A stretch of 63,285 bases of DNA, filler included, from Reticulomyxa filosa (GCA_000512085.1; 11 parts of 11 records of this genome joined end to end with filler, not necessarily neighbours in it); one strand, 5' to 3'; counted from the whole stretch's first letter, positions 37,921 to 51,426 are shown. The notes: generated by a model from the sequence alone, not told the origin. Numbers and translations are program-made.

Positions 37921-39385
37921 CTATTGCATGGTGTCAGGATAATGATAGATATTTTTAAAATCGTTTCTGTTGCCACGATAGCCAGTGGTGTCAATAGCAG
38001 CAGATTGGTAGTTGGCACTCATGGACTGGTAATAGCGACCGGCCACCCCAACGGCATCCCCTCCCATTCCGGGAGGAGGAGGGATCTGAACGGGGTCGGG
38101 CATGGGCGGTCGTTCAGGCGGCAAAATCCCTTGATTTTGGAGATAGACTTTTTCGTCTTCGGTGTATTGACTTGAATATGTGGAGTGCGTGTGTCCAATG
38201 GACTCTTGTTTTTTTGTGGATTCGTCCAAAGTCGAGTCCCTGCCGTCGGTAGTAGGCTCGTCACCGCCGACCTTGTCCTTGTCTTTGTCTTTGTCTTTGT
38301 CTTTGTCTTTGTCGAATTCGTTCTCAGCCTCATCGGCTCCCCCTGCACGCGTCTTGCCCCAATCCAATTTCAATCGCTTGTTGCCGACCCACAGGTTATC
38401 ATACCACGATTTCATCGCGGCCTCGGCGCTGGGTCGCGACTGAAACGTGATAAATCCATAGCCCTTGTCATTGAACAAGTGGATCGACGTGATCGTGCCA
38501 AAGTCCTGCAGCTTTGCTCGGATGTGTTCGTCGTTGATGCTGTGATCAATGCCGCCGATGAATAGTGTGCGGATAGTCCCGTCGGAGGGGGGTGTTGGGG
38601 CCTCTATACGTTCAAAGGGATAAAAAAATTCAAAGTTCAAAGAGGGGGGGGGAGGACCCTTTTTTTTTTTATATGATATGTATATGTATATACATACATA
38701 TATAAACACCTTTCGGAGAATATTTATGATTCTTCCACTCCTCGTGCTTCGTCAACAGCTTCTTGGCAACCGGATCATTGATACCGTAGAAGCGATCCTT
38801 GATGTTTTGATCGCTGAGCTCGACATCGTCGTTGGGCATCTCGTGACGATATGGACACGCGTCGCCACGATTGCACGTGCCTTTGACGTAAAAGGAACAT
38901 ATATGCGACAGATTCCTTTTGTAATACGGGCCTTTTCTTTGCAAGCGCGACAACATTGGGTGCGAGTGCGCCACTTTGTCGTAAGGCAGCTGCAATGCTC
39001 CGCTGCCATCGTCTCCTCTGCTGCTCAATCCTGATTCCAATTGCTCATACAAGTAGTCACGGTTCGTCGTGCTGTAGGGCATTGTTGTCAACAGGTCTTG
39101 CTTGTCCATTGTCGATAACGCGGAATCGCGCACCTGCACCGGCAGACCGTAGTCCAGGTCCAAAATACATGTTTGACACACGTTCTTCAGCTTCGCGCAC
39201 GTAGGGCACACTTCCGTCTTCTTGAAGCGCGCCTTTGGGCCTGGTCGCCAACGGTAAATCGTAAATGGCCGATCGCAGATCTTACACGCCTTCCCGTACG
39301 CCTCGCGGGTCATTCGGAGGTAAGGGTTTTCACCGAGACATGTCTCGCAAAGAATTGGAAAATCTTCTGGCTTCATGTCCGCCAT
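37921..39385 (-). CDS. RBM22: Pre-mRNA splicing factor RBM22/Slt11 (zinc fingers + RRM)
   Basis: [77 protein letters not shown]...YGFITF; intron 38709-38604. Confidence 0.96.
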
Positions 39386-40751
39386 TTTCTTCTTTCACAA
39401 GATCAACTCTAGCGTTAGATTCGACAGCACTAGAAATAGAATAATAGTATTTATAATTTTTTTAAATCAGTTTATGCATGTCCTATCTTCAAAAAAAAAT
39501 AACGCGTTTTTAGATTTTTGCTTCAGCGCGCAAGTTTATAAGCTCTTTACAAATTAAATTTAAATAATAAAATAGCCACTGAAATTTTGAAACCTGGTTT
39601 TTTTGAAAAGGACGTTGAAACAAGAAATAACTGTAAGACTAATTCCAGGTTTTGTGTAAAGATAACTGCTGTATTGATTAAACTTTTGAAAAAAAGCCAA
39701 ACGTTAAATTCAAACAAGGGATTAACTGCAAGAGACGTTTCAACGCGATTATTATGCTTTGAAATCCTCCCAATTCGACAAATTTTTTGACAAGTTTGTC
39801 CAATATCTGAAGAACCAGATTTTCAACATGTAAAAACTATGAGCAAAAAAATAATTAAGATTAAACAGTCATGAATTTCCATCAATTTCATTTGTGATTC
39901 TTCTAATTTTTGTTTGATATCAATGGAAAGAAAACGAAAAGATATCAATCTTTTGTTTTGCTGTACCACTCAACAATTGTTTTCTTAATACAACAGAACT
40001 AGTATAATGAAAGTAATTTTACAACTTTGCTCACGTACTTTTTCAATGACAAATATGAAAAATCAATTTTTAGCATAAACTTCGCTAGCAAAACTGATAC
40101 ATTTTTTAAATGTAATTACAATAAATTTTTATTTTTTAAAAATTATAAAAAGTGCGATGTATGTGACTGAACCGGGACATATAATTACTTTTCAAAATTG
40201 ATTGTATTAATTGAAAATAGTACCAATTGTTGCCCAAGTCAAGGGCATTCAATTGGTATGTTTATTATCATTTTTTATATTTATCATAACATGCAGCCTA
40301 TAGAAAAGCGGTAAGTATATATGTCGTTTCCATTTTACTTGCATAACACTTCTTTTTTTGAAATTTTTACAAACTCGTTCTTTTGCTTGAGAGAATAATA
40401 ACAATGAAATCATTTATAAAAATTGACAAAGTTGTGTCAACAAACAGTACAACTTGTGAAGATTAGATGTAAATGAATTGAATTTCCGATAGAGACGTTG
40501 CTTTAATTGTGTACAATCATTATATAAAAGGAGCTAGTCAAATGGCAGATTGACAAACGATCGTATTGCAAAGATTTGCCATGTTCTTGGCTTCCACACA
40601 TTAGTGTAAGATTGTTTTATTTGTTGGAATATATTTTCTGAAAAAGGATTAACATTCTAACAGATTCAAATAAAATTGAAATTTTTTAAATTATCCTGCA
40701 AAAACTCCCAAACAGTTCCTTTTTATTACCATTACAAGAAGGGCTTATAAA

Positions 40752-41609
40752 TTACTTCAAAAATCCACCCAACCAAGAAAACCAAGGTTTTTTAGCTTTT
40801 TCTCCGCTATCGGTTTGAGTAGAGTCAGTTGGTTGTTCCTTTCCAATCTTTTGAGAGGAAAATGGCAAATTTGGCGTTTCACGCTTTGCAAATTTTTCTT
40901 GTCCTCGTGTCCATTCCTCTTCGCACAGGTCCTAAGTGTTTAAAATTAAATATTGCTTTTTTCCTAAACAATCAGAAATAATTAAGTAATTTAAAAGAGA
41001 AGCTTATAAGCGTACTTCGAGTCCTTTCACTTTTCCAACAACGGGATATTTTGACAAATATGACAATATCCACGACACCAAAACATCCTTTGTAAAATAA
41101 CACAACACAAATCGGATGAGAAACGATTATAAGGATAAGTATAAAAGTGTTTTCCAAACTTTTTCTTGGTCTGACAGCTGGAAATGAACCCTGTTCAGAT
41201 CTTTTTCGGATAAAGACATTTTGGCCAACATAAATGTTATATCATGTCCTGCTGTGAAGGCGTATCTGTAAGATAGAAGCAGTAGTGTTGTCCAACTTTT
41301 AGGAAACTTTGGAAATTTTTTTTACTTTTGTTTGACGTTTGTTTTTTTTACCCTTTTCCTGGACCATATAATCTTTTATTTTCGCTGACGTCAAAAATAT
41401 GACCACAAACGGAAACTAGTATTTTTGGATCGTTTTCTCCATCAAATTGATAAAGTTGTTCCAAATCCATAGAAAGTTCGCTCTTTTCTTTTTGCATTTT
41501 TAGTTTAAGTTAGTTTTTATAAAACAAAAACAGTTAAGTGCAATCAATGAAGAGAAAAAAAGCTGACGTCAAATGTTGTGTTTGTTTCAATATCAAAGCT
41601 AGTAAACAT
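40752..41609 (-). CDS. Cytochrome b5-like heme/steroid-binding protein (MAPR/Dap1/neudesin family), 4-5 short exons, absent from the ORF track
   Basis: Spliced: LEQLYQFDGENDPKILVSVCGHIFDVSENKRLYGPGKG/YAFTAGHDITFMLAKMSL...EK/DVLVSWILSYLSKYPVVGKV...GGFLK*; intron 41351-41266 restores the frame; start codon tentative. Confidence 0.85.
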
Positions 41610-42017
41610 GATAAAACTAAAAGTGAGAATAAAGGAATGAAATTGAAGAATCGTGTTTTCTTGTTATTTGTTACATCAAAAGAAAAAATTTAAAATCATT
41701 TTTGCTTTCAAAGCTTTACAACGGCTTTTATTTTTGCATTTAAAATTCGGACAATGTACAAAATATCTTAGATAACAAGCACAGAAACTAAGATACGCAA
41801 TGCTCTATTTATTTTATTTGCGCATTTTTGTGTAAGTTTTTAATGTAACAAATTTTGTGCAGTGCAAATCAACATTGAAATCCAAAACATCTTTTGATTT
41901 TTTCTTTCCAGAAAAGAAACTTTTGTGCAGACAAAAGCAATTTGTTCAAATGGACACACGTTTGGAAGAAAATGAAAGGGGAAGACTGTCAAAACAACGA
42001 CCAGAAAAAGCTAGGTA

Positions 42018-43018
42018 ATGTCAACAGCTGCAACAATCGACCTCAAAGGCTTTATCCTTTGTGTCGTGAAATCCCTTTCACAATTGACACCAACGATCCG
42101 TAAGGTGGTATTAACTCCCCATTCTGCATCCGACTTGGATTGCTTGTCGTTCAAGCCAGGACAATGGGTGGATTTCTACGTGCCCTCTCTGTCGAAGCTC
42201 ACAGGATACTCGATGACAAACACGCCCGCACATCTGAAGCGCACGGGTGAGTTGCACTTGGCAGTGAAGACATCGTCGGACGTGATATCGCAGTACGTCC
42301 ACTCTTTGCCCTTGGATTTGACAGAGAAGCAAAGTCTCGAAGTGTATTGTAAGTGCGGCGGCAATCTGTACTTTGACAATGCCAAATCAAGTCAGCACTT
42401 TGTATTGATCGCTGGGGGGATTGGTATCACTCCACTGAGCAGCATCTTCAAATTCCACGCCGAGTCTTGTCCGCACGCCTTCGTCTCGTTGCTGTACTCG
42501 GTCCATCGCGACGAACGCGAATTTGCTTTGTTGGACGAATTGGCCGTGTGTCAAGTCGCGAATTCCACGCGGTCATCCATTGTTTGCACTGTTTCGTCAC
42601 ACTCTGTTTGCAAAATGGAGGAGACGTGTGTATACGTATACATATACGCACACACATACACACACACACACAAAAATGGACTGTTTTTGGTTTTGTCGCT
42701 GTTGCAAAGGTGACGAAATCGCAAAGTGAGAAAACACAAGAACAGGACGAAAAGAAGGAAGAAAGCAACAAGGACGTAGAAAAGCAGCGCAAGACAGTCG
42801 ATAGCGACGTAATGAAGAAATATTGGGGGGGACGAACAGGCAGGATTGACATTGACCTCATTAAAAAGGCTGTCGAATGCCAAGTTAGACAGTTTGAGTT
42901 AAAGAGTTGTCAGTTTGTTATTTGTGGACCCCCTTCCATGCTCCAAACTCTGCCTCCACTTATTGTACAGCATCTTAATATCTCTGAAAAACAAATTCAC
43001 TTTGAAAAGTGGTGGTAG
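42018..43018 (+). CDS. OXNAD1: FNR-family FAD/NAD-binding oxidoreductase (OXNAD1/cytochrome b5 reductase-like), 2 exons
   Basis: FKPGQWVDF, GYSMTNTP, LIAGGIGITPLSSI, GRIDIDLI, FVICGPPSM, IHFEKWW C-terminus; intron acceptor about 42709. Confidence 0.88.
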
Positions 43019-44150
43019 CAAACTCTTTTTTTAAGCAATTGATCTATTTTTTTATCTTTATACCACAACTCTTACTTTACACACGTTCTTGTGGAAATAC
43101 CTTTGAAAACTCTGCTTGTACATTATTTCACTTTCATTCCTTTTTCGATCGTAGGCATTTGTCTAACAATATATATTTATCGAGTTATATTATATTATTC
43201 ACTAGCTTTCGATTAATTGTTCTTATTCTTTGCAGAAATTTGATGTTTTGTAAAATGGACTTAGTAATCTCTGAAACTTTCTTTCTTTATTTTGTCATTT
43301 TCCTCATTATTTTCGTTTTTATTGCAAATTGCTCGAAAGAGCGACTATTCGTATTACACTTGCACCCACTTTTCAGTACAGTCCTTCCTCAGACAAATAT
43401 TCTATAACAATTACTGAAATAACAATTAGTTAGTACAACATACTGATAATGCAATATTATATACAATAACAAGTTTTATCGATGCGTATATGAGTATATA
43501 TGCCAGTATTTCTGAATATTATATTTGCCCAACACACGCGCAAAATTACTTTTATTGCCAACAATGTTACCTTTAAAACTTTGTCAAATATTTATCTGTA
43601 AAATGAGAATATTTTTGTGTTTGTAAGCCAGCCTTTGCTCATGCAATGAAAATATCAAGTTTGCAAAATAGTGCATTTTCCAAAAAAAAAAACGTAAACG
43701 GCTATTTATGAAAAATAATGGTTGGAAGGCTTTTTTGATAACACCCAAGAAAGATATCTTAGACAATTTGGACGTAACAACTCTTATTGATAGGTACTTT
43801 TATCGAATTTTTGCCCTTCACATTGTGACGAAAGAAAAAAATATAAAATTTTGAATTATATTTCAAGAACAAATCTTCATGTCCACGGATTTTTGGGATC
43901 GGCTTGCATTCAAAGAATGGATTTTACAAAGCAAGCAACTTTTTTTGGCCAAGGGGTTTTGTAAAAACGTAACCAAAAAAAAGGGGGCAAAAGACGAAAT
44001 TTTAAAAGAGTTTTGAAGCATATCAGATTGAACAAAAGCAAACCATCGGTCCGCAAAAATGCATTCAACAAAATCAAGCCAAAAAAATACAATCAATCGC
44101 TTATAGGCAACAAAACACCAACAACAAATGAAAACAAAGGATGCTTTGAT

Positions 44151-44681
44151 TTAGTGTCCCAATTCCTTGACGAATGCTATAAGCACACAAAAGTTCAAAA
44201 AAAAAGGATCAAAGGTATTTGAGCTGAAAAAACAAAGAAATGAAAAAAGAGACAAACCATCAATGTTGACATTGACACCGCTGACTGGAAGTTTCTTTTC
44301 AAATTCTTCCAACGCATTATCGGTGCATTCGTCTGCGTTGTAAGCTCTCATATAATGAACTAATTCTTTGACGGTCAATTTCTTCGATGGGTTGAGTAAC
44401 AAACGAAATCCTTTGTCCAATTTGTCATCACTAAAGGGTACATCACATCGATCTTTCAACACTTGCAAAAATGCCTCAAATTCAATTTTTCCTGTCAGTT
44501 TTGGGTCTGCTTTCGATTCACATTCAATCGTTTCCTTTATTGAAGGATCCAATCCCATGCTTCGCATCAAGTTTCCTATTTCTTGTGTCGGCAGCTTTCC
44601 ATCCTGTGCTTTCAAGTTGAAAGCTGTTCGCAACTCATCTACACGTTCTGGATCAAAAAATGATTGTTGGGCTTGGGCCAT
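44151..44681 (-). CDS. Calmodulin/myosin light chain-like EF-hand protein
   Basis: ELRTAFNL...IGNLMRSMGLDPS...GKIEFEAFL; an 81-nt in-frame intron 44257-44177 gives about 149 aa; calcium loops are non-canonical. Confidence 0.82.
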   Translation of the reverse strand: MAQAQQSFFDPERVDELRTAFNLKAQDGKLPTQEIGNLMRSMGLDPSIKETIECESKADPKLTGKIEFEAFLQVLKDRCDVPFSDDKLDKGFRLLLNPSKKLTVKELVHYMRAYNADECTDNALEEFEKKLPVSGVNVNIDGLSLFSFLCFFSSNTFDPFFLNFCVLIAFVKELGH

Positions 44682-45026
44682 TTATTGATAGATAATGTGA
44701 CGAAATGACAAAAAATGATATTTAAAAAAATAAGCTCTACGTACAAACAAAAAAAACTTTTTTTTGGACAATGAATTTCGTGTAGTTGTTACTTTTGGTA
44801 GAGCTAACTTTGCAGCTAAAAAAAGAATTATCTTGCCCAATATCAAGAAACTACTGCATTTTCATTGACTATTTTTGTTTTAGTCAAGAAAACGGATTGA
44901 AGATTTAAGACAATTGTTTTTTAGTGGCCTCGGTTAATGTGTATAAGACGAAAGAAAAGGTTAGACTGGGGGACTTAAAAAAAAAAACAAACTTTTCAGA
45001 AAGAAATAGGAAACTTTGAAGAGATA

Positions 45027-45907
45027 ATGCGTGTGGATATACCTTTGTATACTTTGTCCTTGCTTAAATTGGCAACGGTTGTGTTTTTGTTTAGCCCACT
45101 TCCATTACAAAGCAAGAAGAACGTAATTCAAGGATTGGAATCCTTCTTTTCGAAGATTTATTTGTTTGTGTTAGCCGTCGAGATATGTGTCGCATTCATC
45201 TTTGTTTGTAAGCAGTTTTTTGCTTGTCTTCAACTTACACATCCTCTTTCACGACAACACCATGATCATTTTTTACCTATTTATTTATTTATTTACACAA
45301 CGAATCGACCATTCAAACATAAAAAAATTTGAAAACAAAACAAGCGACGTTATATGAATTTATTCAAGGCACGTCAACGTCTTCGAATGACTTTCAGTCG
45401 GATCTAACAAGTTCAGATTTTTTCCCCCCTTGTCCCTCCCCCCCCCCTTGAACCAAACTCAAAAGGGGCCTACATAAAAAAAAAAAAGGAAAATTGGCCG
45501 GTGCAGAAGCACAAAGGGATGCAATATTATCGTTTCTGTCGCTATTGTTGTTCCAAGTGATTCGTGTTCATAGCAAGTTGTTGCTTGAGTCGAACACGTT
45601 ACATCAATCAAAGGAAGCTCTGTTGAAACAGGCGAAGAGCGCCAGTGAATATGCGAAATTATTGTTGAATGAAAAGCCAGATTCAAAAAATAAAGACAAA
45701 GACACGAATGCTAAAGCAGCCCCGCAAAAAAGTGGGGGCGATGTAAAAGATGAACAAGAGCTAATTAATGAAATTGAGGGACTTGAAACACGCTTGCGTT
45801 TGTCTGATCAATCTAGGGATGAATACAAAGAAAAGTTGAAATTAGTGGAAGCTGAAATTGATAAATTGAGAGCTTCTGGTTCAACTAGCTCCAAAAAAGA
45901 TAGATGA
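45027..45907 (+). CDS. BAP31: BAP29/BAP31 (Yet) family ER membrane protein, 3 exons
   Basis: Three hydrophobic segments, AQRDAILSFLSLLL, coiled coil, C-terminal KKDR* (KKxx retrieval signal); introns 45208-45344, 45411-45488. Confidence 0.8.
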
Positions 45908-47341
45908 AATTTTTTTCATTAGTCATTCATTTAAAAAAGAAACATTTTCATGCAAAAAAAAAATATCGAGTTATTTTTAAGTGATAGTCTCTCACTACAA
46001 AAAAAAAAAAGTTCTGCAAACTAATTTTATTTTATTATTTTGTTATCAAGTTTTTTCTTGAATCAATTATCTTATAACTTAGTCTTTTACTTGTTACATT
46101 TTTACTCTGGAAATCATATCGCAAACCATATATAATTTTTATTTTTCACAAATAAAAGCAAATTGTTTTCTTTATCTTTTAAATTTTCATTGTAAAAAAA
46201 AATTGAACTGATATAAAAATATATCACAAAAATATAAATAGTGCCCAGATCAAAATATTCGTCAGCGTTTATAATAAATGTGAGTTACACAAATAAAATA
46301 AATTACAATATCAATGTTGTTAATTCTAACAAAATACCTAAACTACAAGTTTTTAAACACCTCTTTTATTTACAGTAAAAATATTTATAGTATTTTTAAA
46401 ATGATTGAATTTAATTTTTATATTTTACTACAAAATACGCTCAAAATGATACTCACAACTTTGGATAGACAATAGTTACACTTATGTTTTTGTCAGTGAT
46501 TGCCGTTTCTTAAAAAAAATTCTAGGATCACATTAATCTTCTTGTTGTTGTATTGCGAAATGAACAAGAAATCAGTTCGCATGTGGTGTACCTTTACGCC
46601 AACACAACAAACATATTCTTCTTTCATTGAACACAGGGCAATACGACAAAGCGACGGTGAACTTTTTTTTGTCTACTGTAATACAAAACAACACGCAAAA
46701 AAAAAAAAATCTAACTCAGCAAATCTTGAAAAACAAACAAACAACAAAAAAAAGATAATGGACTAAACGAAGAAATAAGAATGCGACCCAAAGTGGCAAC
46801 ACCAAGACAAGAGATGTACAAGCCAGAGAGAAGAGCGTTTCCGTTTCAATCGAATTGCATATGGGAAGAGGAAGAGGAGGAAGAAGAAGAAGAAGAAGAA
46901 GAGATGAGAAAGGAAAATCGAAGTGGTGAAATGAATAAAAGCAATGTCGGTCGATTAACGCACAGTTTTTACATTCCAAATACGCCCGTGCTATTGACTA
47001 ATCGCAACATGGAACCATTTCAAAACAATTGCAAGACATCCAACGCGCATTCATTTCCATTGACTGTAGCAACACCCCTGCCGTCTTCTCGTCCAAGGTA
47101 CACTTTACTTTGTTTTGTTTTTGTCTGTCTTTGCCCTCTCGCTCTCTTCAACGACTTTTCGCTCCACCAATCTCTCGTTTTCTTTCGTTTGTCCAACAGC
47201 CAAACATCCAATTAAGTCCGTCACTCCGACATTGGCGCGTTCTCTCGTCTCTTCATGTTTTGTGTTCACACATTATATATATTATATACATATATATATA
47301 TACATACATATATATATGTATATATATATATATGTATATAA

Positions 47342-48598
47342 ATGACATTATATAGAAGAAGGGACAAAGAGCAAACTCCGAGAGGAAAAGAGAGTGTTCC
47401 AACTGACGGGAATGATGAGTATGAGCAGTACGCTCGCGTTAATGCGTTGTGGAACGGTGTGGGCAGTGCCCGACTTGCATCCAGATCGTCTGCGAAGAAG
47501 CTAGCCGACGGACGTGATCGTGTGTGGAGTCCATTGACCCATTGTGTCGACAACAGCGGCCATTATGACGACAATGACAATGACAATAATGACAATGACA
47601 ATAATAACAATGATGATAGTGATGACAATAAGGATGATAATGACGATAATAATGATAGCAATGATAATAACGATTATAATGATAATAATGACAGCAATGA
47701 CAATAGCAACCATGACGATAACGATGACGATGATAATGACAATGACAATGACAATGACAATGACGAAACGAGCGAGTCGATTCGACAAACCATTGCTCGC
47801 GAATTGAATACGATGAAATTGCACTCGCAAGCGCTGCAACATACAAACAAAGTCAAAGCAAGTCCTTTTCCATGCGCGCCGAACAACATCCCTGCACGCA
47901 GTCCCTTTTCGCACATGCGTGCTCCTTCTCCTTCTCCTTCTTCTTCTTCCGTTCCATTTTGCAATCCAAAATCAACTCCAAAGACAATTATCCCAACTCC
48001 AATGCCAAAGCTAAGACCAATGTCAATGTCAAAGCCAAAGTCAGTGTCAAAGCCAATGTCAGTGTCAAAACCAGTGTCAATGTCAAAGCCAAAGTCAGTG
48101 TCAAAGCCAATGTCAGTGTCAAAACCAGTGTCAATGTCAAAGCCAAGTCCGACTTCAAGGTTAAGCCAAACTCGAACTCGATCTCAATCTCAATATCAAT
48201 CTCAATATCAATCTCAATATCAATCTCAATATCAATCTCGACTCCAATCTCAAAGACAAAATCAAGAGTATATGAAAGAGCGAGTGTTGATACCATCAGC
48301 TGCAAAGTTATTTCATCTTTTTTTTTTGTTTTTTTTTGTTTTAAATTGAAAACGATGGACCGAGTGATACAATAGAGGACAAATGAAACGTGGATCTCGT
48401 TACAGCGTCGCGCTTTGGATAGTGGCAATGACTGTGTTGTCGTTGTTGTTGCTGATGCTGCTTGTGTACGCGTTCAAATGCGTGTTCGTTGGCCATACGC
48501 CCGTTGCGCCGGTGCCTTCTAATCTGGCGAAAACATGGCAATACATACTACTGGAAGCAGACTTACTCCAAATTTGTCCTCTGTCTGCTGATTTTTGA
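47342..48598 (+). CDS. Low-complexity protein (D/N tract, SKPxSV and SQYQ repeats) with a C-terminal TM helix; may extend 5' to 46781
   Basis: 335-codon ORF; a phase-2 intron ending at 48375 joins it to an exon with VALWIVAMTVLSLLLLMLLVYAF. Confidence 0.55.
48023..48236 (+). repeat. Coding minisatellites: 54-bp unit (3x18 bp) about 2.3 copies, then a 12-bp unit x4
   Basis: tcaatgtcaaagccaaagtcagtgtcaaagccaatgtcagtgtcaaaaccagtg at 48023 and 48077; tctcaatatcaa repeats after it. Confidence 0.92.
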
Positions 48599-50143
48599 GT
48601 CATACTTTCTTTTTCATTGTTATTGTTTTTGAAGGCAAGCAATGTTTATTTAACTTTTTTTTTTTTTTTAGAGAGAGGAATGAAACTATTTAAACAAAAA
48701 GAAATTATATTTACTACATGATCGACAAGCGCTTTTTGCACCACTTTCATGCATAGTTGTAATATCTCATTGTGAATGGGTTGCAAAGAATTAATTCACA
48801 TTGCATTCTTTGCACTAAAGGTGAATTCATTTTGCGAAAGATCACAATTTCATTTCTATTTATTTGATAAAAAGATATCATGAGGCAATTAAATTATTTG
48901 GCGAATTTGCAAAATGGAAATTTGGGAACAAAAACACAAAAAACAAAGGGAAATGTCTTGTAAATTTTAGTACTAAAAATTTACTTATTCTTGAAAAATC
49001 TAACCTCTTTGGGCTAATGCATGAATATCAAAGTGTCACAGAAATTTCCTGTTTAACATTTGATGCCATCCAGTTGCATCGTTCCGTCCATTTTATTACA
49101 AACCCGTGCTTGTGCTGGGTCAGCATTGAATCTGCCCGGTTTTTGTTACTTTCCAGTTATTGCGATAACAATTCCAACATATTGCCATTGCCATTGGATT
49201 GTCATTGTTATTTGTAGTGTCATTTGCAAAACATTACACAAATTTCAATTGGCTGGCAAATCTTCCAGACATTATCAATGTAAACAATTTCGACATCCAA
49301 GCCAGTTCATTCACAATTTCCATATGTTGTCTCTTTCATTATCCATTTGCATTTGCATTTGTATGTTGGCTTTGACAAAGACAAGCGTTTGCATAATAGA
49401 CAAACATATCAATGACAATAGTCGCGGTTTGTCACGCTAGTGTATATGCGAGAGTTCACCAAATTGTGAACGCTCCAAATACTTGTGTGAAGTCAGTCAT
49501 GCCAATGCATTTGTTCATTGTCATTATTGCCATTACAACGCTTGTTTTCAAAAGGAGAAAAACATATGCATTATAACACATGTATAATACACACCCAACG
49601 ACTTCAAAGTGCAATTGAGATTGCTGTCACATGTGGTAAGATGATGAACTTGGCGTTTTTATGTGTGGTTGTCATTTTCAAGCCTTTTTGAAAGTCCCGC
49701 TTCAATGCTAGGTCCGAAGACATTGTCTGAAATGTTTAAACTGTTTTGAACTAATACAAATGATAATGTTGCGAGAGTTTTTTTTAGTGAATTGTTTTAA
49801 GTCGAACACTAATGAACGAATTTTTGCTTTAAAAAACTTGGATATGTTGACAAGGGCACAATAAATAATTGCAAATAATGACAACATGCTTCCTGTATTA
49901 AAATAAAATAAATCAACTGTAACAATTCAAACAAAAAATTTGTTGCTTTTGACTTGAATTGCATCCTCTTTTTTCCACAAAGCAATTATCCCCTCTTCTT
50001 TCTTCCTTACAAAAAAAGGAAAAAAGATGTCAATTTAACTTTTAATCCTAATTTAATAATTTATTGCAACGTAAAATACCTTTTTTTTCCAAAGGGTCAC
50101 GTCGTGTCCCTTCTTTTTTAAAAAGCCACTTAAAAAATTCAAC

Positions 50144-51426
50144 ATGGCTAATCGAACCACAGCACAGAAACCTTCTGAAAGACAAACTGAGCAAACTGAA
50201 CAAAATCAACATCTTATTACCTCAACTTTCTTTCAAGATTTGAAGGAGTTGCCCACTCCACTTTCTGAATCTCAATGTGTTCTACACAAACACGAACTCC
50301 TCATTTGTGGAGGTAAATATCAAAGAGCTTGTTATTCTTATCATACATTCAAAAACGAATATAAGTTTATCTGTGAGTATCCAAGTCATGTTGAGCCAAA
50401 TGGACATTGTGTAGTGAAACTTGTATATAACAGCAACAAAGACAGAAATCAAATTACTTTGTTGTCTTTTGGTGGATGTAATGCAAAAAGACATACACTG
50501 ATGATGAAATATGTAAGTGTTTGGGATAACATATCAAACAAACCAAACAATTGCAATCAATGGGTTCCTTTCATAGACAATAACAATCTTCCAATTATCA
50601 TTGGAAGAGACCATGATAATTATACTGGAATGCGTGCAGTAATTGGTGGAATCAATAATCATTTATTATTTATCACTTATCCTGAAAGTAATATTAGTGT
50701 ATTTGATTTAAGTAAATTTCAATTTATTAAACATGATACTTTACCAACTGATTATTATATTGAATATCATTGCTTTGTATCAAATTCAGAAAATGGACAA
50801 GGTGAAGAGATGATAAAAACAAATCAAGAAAAAGATAAACGAAATTATCAAATGTTATTGTTTTGTAAATATACAGGACTATCAATTGAATATGATGAAG
50901 ATTACAACACTTTTCAATTTCAGGAACTACCTGTTTGTCCTGGCATTGCACCATTCTATGGATATGCATATGTGTGTATCAATGATATTATCTTATTCTT
51001 TGGTGGATGGAATTATAATAATCGTGTTGTTTCAAAATCAGTGCACAAGTATTCAATCCAAGAAAAGAAATGGATGACGTTTGAAAATATTTTACACTGT
51101 CCATTTTCCTCTAATTTGGCAATATTAAGTGAAGAAGACAATCGTATACATATCATTGGAGGACAACATGATTTGTGTACAACAGTATCAACTCACATGA
51201 TAACAAAAGTGCGTGTATGGGATCCTTCATTGTTGGTAATGGTTTGTTTATTTATTTTGATGAAACACAAATAAATTTGATTGTATGAAAATGATTGACA
51301 AATAATATATAGTTAAAAAATGAAATAAAATGTATTGTTCAATATTGGATTCGAAATTTACAACTAAAATTTGGATGGATCGATGATTTCAATCAAATTA
51401 TTTTCAAATACAGTAGAATAAAATAA
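50144..51426 (+). CDS. Kelch/beta-propeller protein of an expanded lineage-specific family, 2 exons
   Basis: ELLICGG, LLSFGG, ILFFGGW, IHIIGG repeats; intron 51236-51312, then LKNEIKCIVQYWIRNLQLKFGWIDDFNQIIFKY. Confidence 0.82.

Noticed and set aside
41383-41573. Two copies of GCTGACGTCAAA (CRE-like palindrome)
   Set aside because: One is inside a coding exon and the other overlaps a putative splice donor; no evidence of a regulatory role
45895-45907. Genome-wide reassignment of TGA to a sense codon, suggested by in-frame TGAs at 961, 17448 and 17766
   Set aside because: BAP31 ends KKDR-TGA, placing the KKxx signal correctly, so TGA acts as a stop; conserved genes here contain no internal TGA
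48990-49725. Possible minus-strand membrane-protein relic starting MSSDLALK
   Set aside because: Too degenerate to assign a family or boundaries
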